Made by a program: the position numbers and the translations under genes
DNA from: Marsupella aquatica
Lineage: Eukaryota > Plantae > Marchantiophyta
Assembly (NCBI GenBank): GCA_973895155.1
Contig: OZ316891.1
Coordinates: 8,619,875 to 8,683,874 of the forward strand
DNA length: 64,000 nt
Direction: 5' to 3'
Notes under the pieces: generated by a model
The model's input: only the letters and a program-made list of their open reading frames with translations
Told to the model about the DNA's origin: nothing
Databases searched by the model: none
Shown: positions 39,306-52,526 of the stretch, piece by piece
How the letters are laid out: each line of letters starts with the position of its first letter
Position numbering within the stretch: the first letter of the stretch is position 1

Positions 39306-41825
39306 CAATTCGACACCCCCAAACTAACTGCTGCTTAGAGAACGCATCATTGATTCTGCTACTTTGCTTATTTGCAAACGGGAACATTGTTTGGGAGTTT
39401 TATTTCTCTACCCAATTTGGGCTTCGGCTACCAATGGATTCCGGAGAAGGGTGAAACGCGACCTAATTTCTTCCTACGAATGAATTACTTCAATTCATTC
39501 TTGATTATCTGCTATTTTTCGTGGAGTAGTTCACGGAGGCACTAGGCAACCTTGTTAGGAATCTCATTGAGGTACAATAGATCCAGGTCATTTAGGAATT
39601 GTTGAATTCGTTATTTCCATTAATGAAAGAATGGAATATTTGAAGAGTCGAGCCAGCTGCAACCTTTTGCATTCAACCCGCTGCTGTGCAGCTTTCCGCT
39701 CGATAGATAGATTTAATGATTTGCTCTGTCTCTTGAAAGCCGCAGAAAAAAATGAGAGCAGAAACAGCTTGCAACCGATTATCACAGAAGTCCACACAGA
39801 TTCATTCATTTAGTGTCAAGAAGTAGTAGTGATGTAAAATTTCGAGCAACGTTTTGTGAAATGGTTCCAGCCGATCGTCCACCGTGAAAGAGCCCACCAG
39901 AATGACTTGGGTGCCATCCTCAAACTGAAATGCTGGTCGTATGTCTAGATGCCGCGATTCATCCGCATCTCTTGTTTGGCTGCATCACTGAATTTCAAAC
40001 TAGTACTCTTTAAAACTTTCACTCGTTCTTCTGTGATTCAGTACAAACCCTCGCTTATTAATGAGACGAGAGTCACGAGGCGTCACACAACGTGCTCTGC
40101 TTTGAGCTGTACAATGACTTCTGCTCGCAGAACCCGTAACAAGGGCGATAAGGTTTTTCCCAGCTTCTCTTACACTGAATATCTTCCCAAAAGATGAATT
40201 TCCCATAAGCAACTCGAAGGAACAGAGCCTGTGGGAATTCGAGGGCTTTCGAATTGTTACAAGTACTATCGATAGTTGTATTAAAAAGCTATCATGTCGA
40301 CTGTATGAGTTCCCTGGAAGAATTTCAGTCTCCACTAGCGGTGTTAAGCCAAGCAGCCTGGTGAGAAGGTGACCGTACTGATTCAACCAGGGAGACTACC
40401 TTAAGTGATGACTGATAAATAGATTGGATCAAACAGTACAAAAGGCAAGGGTTTCGAGTGGCATCATAATTCACATTTTGTGGGTTGTGTTGTTGAGGAC
40501 AAGATCAGTTTATTGTGAATTGCATTCATTTTTAGTGAGGAGTCGGTGAGCTTCATGCCTATATTTTCTGAACCTTGATGTTCTGTTGTCATATCCACTT
40601 CATCTACTCTTTGACTTTGTACTAACTTAAAGAAGCCGATGTCTCATGACGAGAGAAGAGAGATACTTCGTGGATCAAACACATAGCGGATCACCTGGTG
40701 GGGTTCGATCCAACGTTACACGGATTCCTCTTTCATAAATTTCCTACTCTTCATACAGGTAGGGCTGTTGGAACCGTCTCTGGGTGGATTGGTGAGCGAT
40801 CCCAATCTTCTCCTTATTTCTGCTGTAACATTCAAAACATTTAAAATCCAGTATACTGTCCACTCACCTTGGTGAGGGGAGAGGCTTGGGAGCAAGTGCG
40901 CATAGAATAATTACATACTGCTCTTAGTCATCGGGAGAGAGTTGACCAGGAAAAGGTAAACATTTGTCGACAATCGTGGCCGAATGAATAGGATGACATC
41001 TTTCAAATTCTTGGATTTGTGGCTGTCGTTGTCCGATGAGAATACAAGAAGTCACGAAACTACATGAAATTGAGCAGCCATCACCCTGAAACGAAGAGTG
41101 ATCGCACACTCTCCGCGTGTGCTTGGACAAAGTAAGCAAACAAAATATACAACAACGATTTAAAGAATGAAGGAAGACATCTGGCAGTTTTACGCTGGAC
41201 GAGCTTAGAACAATATAATGGAAACTGTGAATAGAGTGAGCCACATATATATCACTGCCAAAGAACAAAACGCTACATACCGGGAGATAGGATCACAAAA
41301 AAGCTCCATACGGGGAGATAGGATCCCAAATGCAGGAAAACCCAAAAGTATTGGGGGAAAAGAAGGGAAAACCCTGGGAAACTTCGAATGTTGACCCAGT
41401 TGCAAGTACAACAGCTGCCGATCTAGATGCAGACGTCTCGGTATCCGTCCATCAATCAATAGGAATCCGTCATTTTGGGTGGGGAGAGCATAGTCCAATT
41501 GAAGTCATAACTGTCGGTACTGGCCTCTCCATCAGATTGTCCGCACGTAGTGTGCTTCATTTACTGTAAAGATGACAGTGAGCACCACTAGTGATAGCCG
41601 GCGTCAGTGCACTTGGATGATGTTGCTCCAAGCCAGAGATGGCAGTATTTTGACACAAAACAACTGAGTTGCCTTGCTTGCAGACAACTTAGTGACCTGC
41701 AATCTATCCTCATTTACTCAGGCTATCTAATGGAGGGCTTCTATACATATGTCTAATCGCACAATTGTGCCAGACAGTGCTCGATCTATATATGATTATC
41801 CTTATTAACTGGGACCTTTAATGGA

Positions 41826-43010
41826 TTATAAGGGCAGCGACGTCCTCGATGACCGAGACCGTGTCAACGTTGGCATAATTTGAGAACCACTTATTCGCCT
41901 TTCGGGTGTCTGTGATTGTGGAATCCATTCATCATCTTCTTTCAGAGCTGTTATGAGCGAACGGTGACGGCGACCATCAGATTCCGAGGGGACGGGCGTC
42001 TGTTCCCCAAATTCATCTGAATAGCCATGATCATCCGGGAAGATCGTCAACGATGTGTCAAAGGCTTCAAAACGCAATGAGAAGACTGGTGCAGGTTTGC
42101 TGCGTGGCAGTGATGGCACGGGACTGGAGCCTTTCCAGATGTTTAACACCTCCCTCATTGTTGGCCTTTGATCGGGATCAGGATGACAGCACAGAAGCCC
42201 AATTTTCAGAAACATGGTCATCTCGCCAGGATCGAATGCATTCTTTAGTCTCCAATCGACAGCCTCCAAAAGGGTATTGTCTCGGTGAAGCCTCCACACC
42301 CAATCCACAAGTAAAGGCTCGTTACATCGTTCCTTATCTACTTCGGATAGTACTGGTCTCTTGCCCGTGCCCACCTCAAGCATCATGACTCCAAAACTGT
42401 ACACATCGGTTTTCTCTGTGACTTTGAGCGTGGGGGCTATCTCCGGAGCCAAATATCCGTAAGTTCCAGCTAGAGATACTGTGCTTTGTGACCCAGCTTT
42501 GCTAATTTTAGCTAACGGTGCGAAACCGAAATCACCTAAGCGAACTTTGAAATCTCTATCGATCATGATTGCGGACGATTTCACATCTCTGTGAATGACT
42601 TGTTTCCCACATTCCCAATGCAAGTGCGCGAGGGCTGTCGCAACGCCACCCACAATCTTCAGCCGTCTTGCCCATGTCAGGACAGGCTCTCCCGAAGCAT
42701 CCGCATTCTTGAAGAGATGCTGATCCAAGCTCCCGTTGGGCATGTAGTCATAGACAAGCAGCAGTTCACCCTTTTCGTAACACCAACCCAACAATCTCAC
42801 GAGGTTGCGGTGCCGCACTTGACCAATGATCTTCACCGCTGTCAAAAGCTCTCGAGCTCCGTCCTGTGAGTCAGTAGGTATTCGTTTCACTGCTACGTCT
42901 ATTGGCCTGTCAGCTCCCTTCGGCAATAATCTACCTCTGAAAATCGATCCAAATTCAGTATCCCCCAGTACATCATCGGAGCTGAATCCATTTGTAGCTG
43001 TACTCAGAGT
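41826..43010 (-). CDS. Receptor-like kinase domain of L-type lectin RLK type; probable pseudokinase or pseudogene
   Basis: LSTATNGFS..LG, VAVKR, RHRNLVRLLGWC..KGELLLVYDYMPNGSLD, IHRDVKSS, LGDFG, GTYGYLAPE, TDVYSFG and IGLLCCHPDP..RP. Several catalytic residues are altered. No ATG or ectodomain is evident immediately upstream. Confidence 0.8.
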   Translation of the reverse strand, partial: TLSTATNGFSSDDVLGDTEFGSIFRGRLLPKGADRPIDVAVKRIPTDSQDGARELLTAVKIIGQVRHRNLVRLLGWCYEKGELLLVYDYMPNGSLDQHLFKNADASGEPVLTWARRLKIVGGVATALAHLHWECGKQVIHRDVKSSAIMIDRDFKVRLGDFGFAPLAKISKAGSQSTVSLAGTYGYLAPEIAPTLKVTEKTDVYSFGVMMLEVGTGKRPVLSEVDKERCNEPLLVDWVWRLHRDNTLLEAVDWRLKNAFDPGEMTMFLKIGLLCCHPDPDQRPTMREVLNIWKGSSPVPSLPRSKPAPVFSLRFEAFDTSLTIFPDDHGYSDEFGEQTPVPSESDGRRHRSLITALKEDDEWIPQSQTPERRISGSQIMPTLTRSRSSRTSLPL

Positions 43011-43839
43011 TAGCTGAGAGCTCGGCTGAGAGCACTCAAGGATCTACGACTAAGTCTAGGAGCTGGAGACCAGGGAGACTTCACTTAAATGACAACCACT
43101 CCCTTCCTACTGCCCATGAATGTCAAGGAATATGAAGAGTTGCACCTCACTGACCGACGTCTTCCATCTCATGATCAATCATAAAAACAAGAAACTCGTA
43201 CGAGCTTACTGACAGTCCGATCCGACTCATTATAATAATGAAATCAACAACTTTTGTCCTGCACACAAGCATCACCATATCCCTACAAAAAGGATCCAGT
43301 GACAAAAACAGACAATGGATGGGAAATCACACCTCACAGCAGCTGGGTTTATAAAATTTTCTATAAGAAATCCATACAAATCAAACCGGGTGCCAACCCC
43401 ACCACGGAATCTGGGTCTTCGAAGGAAGTGAGACATGCACATGTGCCGAGGTCTGCCCGTTGATTGAGCGCTGGAGTACCCAAGAGATTGGTTGGAGCCT
43501 GTGCATTAGCATTACCATGAGCAGGCAGCGATGAGTCCAATTCGCGTTTGCTCAGAATCAAACGAAGCTAGTCACCCAGAATCCCCAGTCAGCCCTCCAG
43601 CTGAGATTCATCAGCTATGGAATCGCAGGCCACAGAACTCAGTTACTGTGTGGACTACTGCTGCGAGCTCGACGGCTGTCATTGAGTGCAATTCATTCAA
43701 GTATGTGGCTCCAGCCGACTTATATCCATTCTTGTTGTAATCTTTGAAGCTTTATGGCAGGAGAAAAATGCACACTTTCTAAGTAAATAAGAATAAAAAT
43801 CTCTTTGGGTTTTTAAAACCATAAGTGCATCTATCATAT

Positions 43840-44135
43840 TAAAGTCCACAGATTCAAGAATGGTTTGAGCTCCACAAAAGATGCTCCACTTTTCACCTAA
43901 GTGCATAGATTCAAGAATGGTTTGAGCTCCACAAAAGATGCTCCAATTTTTATATTGGCAAGTGCTCCACCTTCTACGGTGAAACAGGAGAGGAATGAGG
44001 AGTAGTTAGAAAAGAGACACTCTTCACCACAGGAGAGGAACGAGGAGTAATGAGAGAAGGAATGGGCTTTGGAATGAGGAGTAGTGGGAGAAGGAATGGG
44101 CTTTCATATGGGCAGGTTTGATTTAAGTGGATGCA
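43840..44135. repeat. Second copy of the 14.9-15.4 kb repeat family, with an internal ~40-bp duplication
   Basis: AGATTCAAGAATGGTTTGAGCTCCACAAAAGATGCTCCA occurs twice. GGAATGAGGAGTAG repeats are present. Confidence 0.65.
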
Positions 44136-44953
44136 TTAACTCCCCACTAGGACACTAATCTCCCCTCAAAATTCAATCAATGGACAGAATTTACGCTTCT
44201 CTTGTAATTCTTGAATGCATATTACAATTTAGGGTTTAATAAATGCCATGAAAATACAAAATGAAAAATCACTCACAGCATTCAGTACTCTGTACCCGCC
44301 TCTTCAAGTGGGCATTAAGTCTAATATACTTTCACTGCCACATGTAACCCCCTCGTACGCTTTTAATGTTTCGTCTGGAGACCTTACCCATTCCCACTTG
44401 AGATCGGGCTTGAGACTGAAAGTGTCCCTCTAGTTTACTATAAATGTTTTCACTCACAAGCATATATCATCTGACCACAGAAAGAGAAATAATCATATGA
44501 GACAGAGAAACCCACACAAATTATAGAAAACAAGACGTCACTTTCATCATTGATGAGAGATATAGGGTGGTTCAGAAATCAATACATATGTGTGGAGAGG
44601 GGTCTAGTGTGGGTGGGATGGATTTAGTGGGTAATGGATGACTTTCTGGCTATCTCCTTGGCCCCTGGTTGCCCACTTTGGAGCCTTGATTAATCATATT
44701 TCCCTCTTGGTGCGGTTAGTGTTGGATCCGTGGGGGCTCACCCTGAAATGGGTTCCCAACAATGTATATGTCACTACTGGGGTGGCGAGATGAAGAATGA
44801 GTTGTGACACAACAGACATTTCCCCGTTCCTTTGCCAATCTTCAATGCCCGCACTCCAGAGAAAAGGCCCCAAGCAGTCATCCGCCAGATGAAGGTCTTA
44901 GCCCTCATTGGGAGGTCATGTTGGGTATTTACTCTTATGTCTAGGTTAGGTAT

Positions 44954-45114
44954 GACGTGGTTGGTACAACAACGTGGGTTGGTACAACAACGTGGGTTGG
45001 TACAACAACATGGTTTGGTACAACTACGTGGTTAGGTACAACTACGTGATTAGGTACAACAATGTGGTTAGGTACAACTACGTGATTAGGTACAACAATG
45101 TGATTAGGTTAACT
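44954..45114 (+). repeat. 18-bp tandem array in LTR U3 (9 units in the 5' LTR; 6 units in the 3' LTR at ~50610-50715)
   Basis: Unit ACGTG(G/A)TT(A/G)GGTACAAC(A/T). The 54-bp LTR length difference equals three units. Confidence 0.9.
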
Positions 45115-46069
45115 AAGTTGCACACTATATCATAAGAGGCACGTGTGCTTGGAGGAGTAGAACCAAGGCTCATTGTTATGGAGCCACTTGAGAGATAGGG
45201 AGAGCTTACACTGTGGAGACTCGATATAGCCGACGGGCTTAGAGTTCAGTAAAGCTCTCTTGTGTGTTCCCGTGGACGTAGCCTCAAGGAGGTGAACCAC
45301 GTATCTCTTATGTCGACTATTGTGCGTTGGATGATTCATAGGCTTGCCGTTGCGATCGTCGTCTATGCTCAACAATTGGTATCAGAGCATGCTTGGGAGG
45401 TGACGTGTGTTCGTGACGGGATTTCATGACGGTTTTTCCAGCGTTGAATGTCGGTGGATTTCCCGGAGTTCCGTCGCATGGAACTTGGAGTTTATGGGCT
45501 CAACGGATAGATCGGGGCAAGAGCTTTCTAACGGTGTGAAGAAATCGCTGAACGGAGCTCGTGGTGCGGAGAGATCTAAGTTTTTGTCATTCTGGATTTT
45601 GTGAAGAAAGTTGGCAATCGACTCGGAGGAAGAAGCGTCAAGTGTTTTGACTCAACGGAGAGATTGAGGCAAGACGATTGTTTTGAGTCCCGGATTGGCT
45701 CTTTGATGCAAAGAGGAAGGCTAAGCAAAATCAATTACCTTGTTGGACTTTGTGACGGCACCAAGTGCAATTGATCAACATTCGTTGTTGACAAGCCATT
45801 GAAGTTGGCAACACGGCGCACCAATCACATCGCAATTCCGACAACGGGTTGTACTTGGTATTTCGGTTATTCCCTGAGGTGGTCAAAACGAGGGAGTTTC
45901 CCAAGGTTTTACCCACCTAAACCGAAATTTGAATAACTTTTTCGTCAAATTTTGATTTTGATTTCGGTTTTTCAGTATTGGACTCCTAGCTTTGTGGGCT
46001 ACGCGGCGGTGTTGTTTTTCGAGTTTTTTGAGAAGTTGTGAAAAACGATATTTTTTGTGATTTTCTCAT

Positions 46070-49000
46070 ATGAGTGATTCGGAGGAGTTTTTTGAAGACG
46101 TGGAACTTGAAGCACGAGGATCACCACGGCGGTTTCAGGGGCAGAGAGAGGAGCAGAAGGAAGAGCACGTGACACCGATACCATCACCGGTGCGGCGTGT
46201 GGTGGAGGAAGCAGTACTACTACCGGAGCTCACGGTAGTGCCAAAGAAGAAGATGGGGACTTTCAAGCTTGGGGGACCCAAGTATGAAGTGACAAAGTAT
46301 GATGGGCGCTCTGACTACTTGCTATGGGAGAAGCAGGTGAAGGGAGTGCTCTATGCGTCAGGGATGGGCCAACTGCTGAGCCCTCGTGAAGACGATGTTG
46401 ATGAGAAACAATGGGACCGCATGCAGGAGCAGGAAGTGTGGTGTGTTACACTCTATCTCATGCCTCCCATCATCAAGCAGTTGGGTGCACATAAGGATTG
46501 CATGTCCTTGTTTGCGGAATTGCAGAGCAAGTATCACCGCAAGGAGTTGTCGAACCAGCTCTACACTTCCTACAAACTGATGAGTTTCAGGATGAAGGAA
46601 TCCGGTACGAAGTTGCAAGACCATGTGGATGCTTTCAACGACATGGTCGTTGACTTGGAAAACCTTGGGGAGACTTTGAATGATGAGACGAAGGCTCTGC
46701 AGCTTCTTAGTTCATTGCCTCCATCTTACCAGTCCCTATCACGAGTGTTGTTGCATCGTGATAGGGATACCATTTCATACAATGACGTGGTAAGTTCTCT
46801 GCTTAGTGATGATCTTCAGCAGAAGATGCACATCACGTCACAGCCTTCATCATCTGGTGCTGCCCTCAATGTTAACCGTGGGAGGAGTATGCAGCGACCA
46901 ACTGGGGACCGTAGAACCCAGTTTAGATCTAAATCCAGATCTAAGTCCAAGGGTAAATCCCCTTAGAGGAGGCAGGTGACATGTTGGAAGTGCAACCAAG
47001 TTGGACACTTCAAGCGAGACTGTAAGGGAAAGGCAGCAGAAACTTCATCGGCAAATATGGCTAGGGCTGATGGAGAAGCTGATTTACTCAATGATGAGTA
47101 TGTTTTATGAAGCCGGGGGTATGCCCTATGCACGTCATCTAGGAGAGCAGATGATGTGTGGATTCTTGATTGTGCTTGCTTTTTTCATATTTGTTACATT
47201 CGTGAGTTTTTCAGTTCTTACTCTGTTTCAAACGGTTCAGTTCTGATGGGAAATGATCACTCCTGTCAAATTGAGGGAATTGGGTCTGTGAAGATTCAAA
47301 TGTTTGATGGCGCTGTGCGCACAGTGTCTGGAGTCAGGTATGTACCTGGCATGCGTAAGAATCTGATTTCACTCGGTGTGTTGGATTCAAATGGTCATCA
47401 ATGGAGCATTATTGATGGTGAACTTCAAGTCAGGTCGAGAGAGACAGTGATTTTGAAGGGGAGCAGACAAAAGAATTTGTATGTGTTACAGGGCAATACT
47501 GTATGTGGAGAGGCCAATGTAACCAAGTCTCATGAGGAGATGACTCAACTGTGGCATTCACGGCTAGGCCACATGAGTGAGAAGGGTTTGGCTATCTTAC
47601 GGAAGAATGGACTCATTTCTGATTTGCAATCTTCTAAATTAGAGTTCTGTAAGCATTGCATTCTTGGAAAGCAGCATCGTCGTGCTTTTGGTGTTGGAAC
47701 TCATCATTCCAAAGCGGTTCTTGAGTACATACATAGTGACGTGTGGGGTCCATCCCCGACTCTCTCACACTCTGGAAAGTTGTACTATGTATCATTTATT
47801 GATGATTACTCAAGATTTGTGTGGATTTATTTCATGACGCATAAGTCTGATGTCTTGTCCATTTTTAAGAAGTGGAAGGCCCAGGTGGAGAATCAGACTG
47901 GAAACACGATCAAGTGTTTGGATACAAGGGTGAAGAGTCTGAGGTCAGACAACGGCGGGGAGTACACTTCAATGGAATTTGAAGAGTACTGTTCAGAACA
48001 GGGGATAACTCGCCATCTTACCATAGTTTATACTCCGCAGCAGAATGGTGTCGCTGAGAGGCTCAATCGGACGCTGTTGGAGCGGTCACGGAGTATGTTG
48101 AGCCAATCAGGTTTACCACAAGAATTTTGGGCAGAAGCTGTCAATACCGCAGCTTATTTGGTAAATCTTTCTCCTTCTAGTGCTATCAATTTCAAAACGC
48201 CGTTTGAGATGCGCTATAAGCGGTAAGCAGACTATCATGGCTTGGTAGTTTTTGGAAGTGATGCATATGCTCTCACACCGAAGCAGAATAGGACCAAGTT
48301 GGATCCTACCTCCAAGAAATGTGTTTTTCTTGGGTACCAGAGTGGTGTGAAAGCCTATAGGCTATGGGATCCTATTGCCTGTAAGCTCGTTGTCAGTAGG
48401 GATGTTTCCTTCAATGAATCCAGATTATTGACGGAGGGGGAGAATACTCAGGTCTCCCATACTGACAAAGGAAAATCTCATATCCCGGATCTCGTTGAGG
48501 GGGAGATTGGTTATGAGGTGCATGACCAGAGAGAAGAAGTTGCTCCAATTATGGAGCTGGTTCCTGTGCCAGAGGAACCGGAGGAGTTTGTTGATGCTGG
48601 TGAGCAGCAAGTGGATGCTGTTGAGCTTCAAATTATACCAGCACACGCAAATCAATCGGAGTCATCGGCTAGAAGAACATCTGGTCGCACTGTACGTGCT
48701 CCACCAAGGTATGGACAGTGGGTTGATTCATCTCAACTGCAAGAGAATGATTTTGCAGCTGATGATGAGGGTGATGCGTTAATTTTGGAAGAAGGGGAAC
48801 CTTCTTCATTTCATAAGGCAAGTGCTTCAAAGGAGAAGCAGAAGTGGACTGCAGCAATGCAAACGGAGATGCAGTCACTAAAGGACAACAAAACTTGGGA
48901 GCTTGTTAAGCTGCCTAAGGGTCAGCAAGTGGTGGACAGCAAGTGGATTTACAAGCTGAAAGATAATTCCATGGGAGGTGGATCGAAGGTCTACAAGGCT

Positions 49001-50382
49001 AGGTTGGTAGCAAAGGGATTCACACAAGAGAAAGGTGTGGATTACAATGAGGTCTTCTCACCAGTTGCTAAGTACTCTACAATATGACTATTGTGTGTAC
49101 TTGTTGTAATGTTTGGTCTGCTGCTAGATCAGATGGATGTTGTCACAGCTTTCCTCTATGGCACATTGGAAGAGGTGATCTTCATGAGACAACCGCTAGG
49201 TTTTGTGAAGAGAGGACAGGAGGAATTGGTTTGCAGATTGCTGGAATCCTTGTATGGGTTGAAACAGTCACCAAGACAGTGGAACAAGCGGTTTGACGAT
49301 TGGATTCGGTCACAAGGTTTTCACAGAAGTGTATTTGACCCTTGTGTGTATTTGAAACCTGTGAAGAATGTTGTCTTTGGGTTCATTATTTAGTACTTTA
49401 TGTGGATGACATGCTAATTGCAACCAAGGATAGGTCTGAGATTGTTAAGCTCAAGGCACTGCTTAGTGCAGAGTTTAAGATGAAGGACTTTGGGCCAGCT
49501 AAGAGGATTTTGGGTATGGAGATCACTAGGGACTTGGAGGCTGGTAAGCTATGGTTGACACAAAGTAGTTATGCGAGGAAGGTAATTGCTAGGTTCAACA
49601 TGAGAGATAGCAAGCCAGTAAGTATCCCTTTGGCTGCACACTTCAAATTGTCATCAGCTTTCTGTCCCACAGATGTGATGGAGAAGGGGCTGATGTCAAA
49701 GGTTCCTTATGATAAGGCAGTGGGAAGTCTCATGTATTTGATGACTTGCACTAGACCTGATCTTGCTATGGCTATGGGCAAGGTAAGCAGGTACATGTCG
49801 AATCCAGGGAAGGTACACTGGGAAGCAGTGAAGTGGATTATCAGGTACTTGAAGGGTACCATGGATCATGGTCTTTTATTTGATGCGAATGCAAAGAATG
49901 CTAGATCATTGATTGGCTATGTAGATTCTGACTATGGACAAGATTTGGACCGAAGGAGATCAACAACAGGATACGTGTTCACACTTGGCGGTGGACGCAT
50001 AAGTTGGAGGTCTACTTTGCAGAAGTGTATTGCTCAGTCTACTACAGAAGCGGAGTATGTTGCAGCTGCGGAAGCAGCAAAGGAAGTGATTTGGTTGGAT
50101 AGACTTATCACTAAAATGGGATTGCCACAGGGGAATGTGAAGCTTCATTGTGATAGTCAAAGTGCGCTCCACCTTGCTGTGAACCAGGTGATGGACAGTA
50201 GAGTGAAGCACATTGACGTCAGGTACCATTTTATCAGGCAGGCTGTGTCTGATAATTTGTTTGAGCTAGTCAAGATTGATGGTAAACTCAACCCGGCTGA
50301 CGCATTTACCAAAGTGATTCCTTTGGAGAGTTTCTCTAGACACCGTGACGTATTGCAGGTTTTGCAATTGCATCACAAGTAG
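46070..50382 (+). pseudogene. Copia gag-pol with premature stops and a frameshift
   Basis: gag LLSSLPPSY, CWKCNQVGHFKRDC knuckle, protease WILDCAC, integrase WHSRLGH/HSDVWGP/RSDNGGEY/QNGVAER, RT YKARLVAKG/LYGLKQSPRQW/LYVDD, RNase H YVDSD/CDSQSA/KHIDVRYHF. Stops at 46964, 47107, 48224 and 49085. Confidence 0.93.
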
Positions 50383-52233
50383 AGTTTTTCTTAACATTCA
50401 TTGTAATTACTGATATATGCTCTTCCTCATTCCTATATATTAGGCTACGGCTTAGTTCTGGTTTGCTCTAGTTAGAGAGGGAAACCGGTTTCGTTTTTGT
50501 CCAGAACTTCCCGCTGAGGGATCATATACATTGGCAGTATTACTCTCCCCTAGACCAGAGTCAAGGGGAAGATTGTTGGGTATTTACTCTTACGTCTAGG
50601 TTAGGTATGACGTGGTTGGTACAACAACGTGGGTTGGTACAACAACATGGTTTGGTACAACTACGTGGTTAGGTACAACTACGTGATTAGGTACAATAAT
50701 GTGATTAGGTTAACTAAGTTGCACACTATATCATAAGAGGCACGTGTGCTTGGAGGAGTAGAACCAAGGCTCATTGTTATGGAGCCACTTGAGAGATAGG
50801 GAGAGCTTACACTGTGGAGACTCGGTATAGCCGACGGGCTTAGAGTTCAGTAAAGCTCTCTTGTGTGTTCCCGTGGACGTAGCCTCAAGGAGGTGAACCA
50901 CATATCTCTTGTGTCGACTATTGTGCGTTGGATGATTCATGGGCTTGCCGTTGCGATCGTCGTCTATGCTCAACAGGTCAAGTGTCCGCATGTTAAGCCA
51001 AAGCTTACTCCACTCTCTTTCAGTTCGTGAGCCTCCCCAAATCCTATTGAGTCTACTGGTCTCCGATCCTTGCAGTCTAAGGAGCTGATAAACTCTCTGA
51101 TTGTCTAGTCTGAATTCTCTCATCCTTTCCTTAGACACCCTAACCCAACGCCAGAACTCTGGTTTAGTTTCAATACCAGTATGAGAGTGTCTAGCAGAAC
51201 AGATAGTGCCGACCAGTTGTCTGCAAAGATCCTGAAGCGAGTTGTCAATACCCCTGTCAATACCCCAAACTCTATCAAGTCTTTCCATCACAGAAAATCC
51301 AACATCCTTCCTACCCTGACCAGAGTGCATCCACCCTTTTGATTCCAATTCTACAACAGATCTCCGCCAAAGAGTTAAGATGGCCTTCAAATAAGGATTG
51401 GAATCCCTTCAAACATTTGATCAGGTCACACATTCCCAGTGACCAAGGATAATTCCGTTCTTCAGGAAAAATGTCAAGTACAACCGTAAATCTGCCCAGG
51501 ACTTCCACAAGCTCCCTGTGTAGCGCAGCAAGCCAAACTTCAAAGGCGAGCACAGCAAAATGCGGTCTCTCATTGAGCGGGTCATTGAGTACCCATTCCT
51601 GAAAATATACCCTTGTAATAATGCCACTTTGCCAATCAGAGATTCTCACCAAACAATCGTGCGCATTCTAAGTCGGGGCAGTCCAGAGCCTTGGTCAACC
51701 ATTTGCTCAACAGCGCGTTAGAGTGCCCCTGAAACTCCTTGAATCCCAATCCCCACATAACCTTAGGTTTGGTTAAAGTAGCTCAGGCGACTAGCCAAAC
51801 CTTCCTGCCCCTAAATGGATTATACCCCCATAGAAAGCTCCAGCATAGAGCAATCATCTTCCTAGCCAATTTGGCAGACAATTTGAAAAGCATCATATGG
51901 TAAATCAGAATGGCCTGTAGTACATGTTATGTCTCCTGAAAGCGGGTTAATTAACGCCTCTCCGAGTGCGATACCTCCCCTTGAGGCCTGGACAGGCGCA
52001 AGCTGTGTCCAGGATTTCTCCAAGTCCGGAGCCCTGTGGTAGTCTATGCTCTTGACGAGTCTATCGAAGCAACATGTACAAAAGGGCCAGAAGTGTGCTA
52101 AAGAGCCAAGGCATTCAAGTGGCTTTGCACACCTTTCACAATCTCTAGGTTCATAAGACTTCAGCCTTTCCTTTGAATAGACTCACCATATTCTTGGTTT
52201 CTTGTCTTGACCATTGTGTCAAATAACAGTAAC

Positions 52234-52526
52234 TGTTGGGGATAATCCCTATCCCGAGACACCATGCACATGAGAACACCATACAAAGTAGTCGACACAG
52301 CGAGTACGTGGTTCACCTCATGACCGAGGCTACATTCACGGGAAAGCAAGAGACCTTTACTTCTCTCTTGCTCAACTCCAACAATGAACTGAAGATCCAC
52401 CAGGGACTGGCACCAGCCCTGGCTATATACACAACAACACTACCGCTAACCTTAGCTAAGTCCTAACCTGAGTTAGCCTAACTATGGTTAGCTCAAGAGT
52501 CACAAGACTAAGAGCAATACCTAATA
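52234..52526 (-). mobile_element. Solo LTR related to the LTRs of the 44.9-51.0 kb Copia element
   Basis: Flanked by TSD GTAAC (52229-52233 and 52527-52531). TAGTCGACA...TACGTGGTTCACCTC...GAGGCTAC.T.CACGGGAA is shared with the reverse complement of the Copia LTR. Confidence 0.88.

Larger units (their letters stand above)
44919..50975 (+). mobile_element. Ty1/Copia LTR retrotransposon (Tork-like), full length, decayed
   Basis: LTRs at 44919-45374 (456 bp) and 50574-50975 (402 bp), TG...CA. TSD GGTCA. PBS TGGTATCAGAGC (tRNA-iMet) at 45377-45388. PPT AAGGGGAAGA before the 3' LTR. Confidence 0.96.
44790..51925 (-). mobile_element. Non-LTR (LINE/L1-type) ORF2 C-terminal fragment, split by the Copia insertion (44790-44918 and 50976-51925)
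   Basis: Right piece reads VLQAILIYHMMLF...SFLWG...KPKVMWGLGF...ALLSKW...WSKLWLNMRTL. Left piece continues DLPMRAKTFIWR...CLLC (zf-RVT-like). Confidence 0.78.

Noticed and set aside
50731-51390. 219-aa ORF as an independent gene
   Set aside because: It is a chimera of the LINE ORF2 fragment reading into the antisense Copia LTR.
52234-52526. Solo LTR as the 3' LTR of the DNMT-Gypsy element
   Set aside because: It has its own TSD (GTAAC), resembles the Copia LTR family and has no counterpart upstream of gag.
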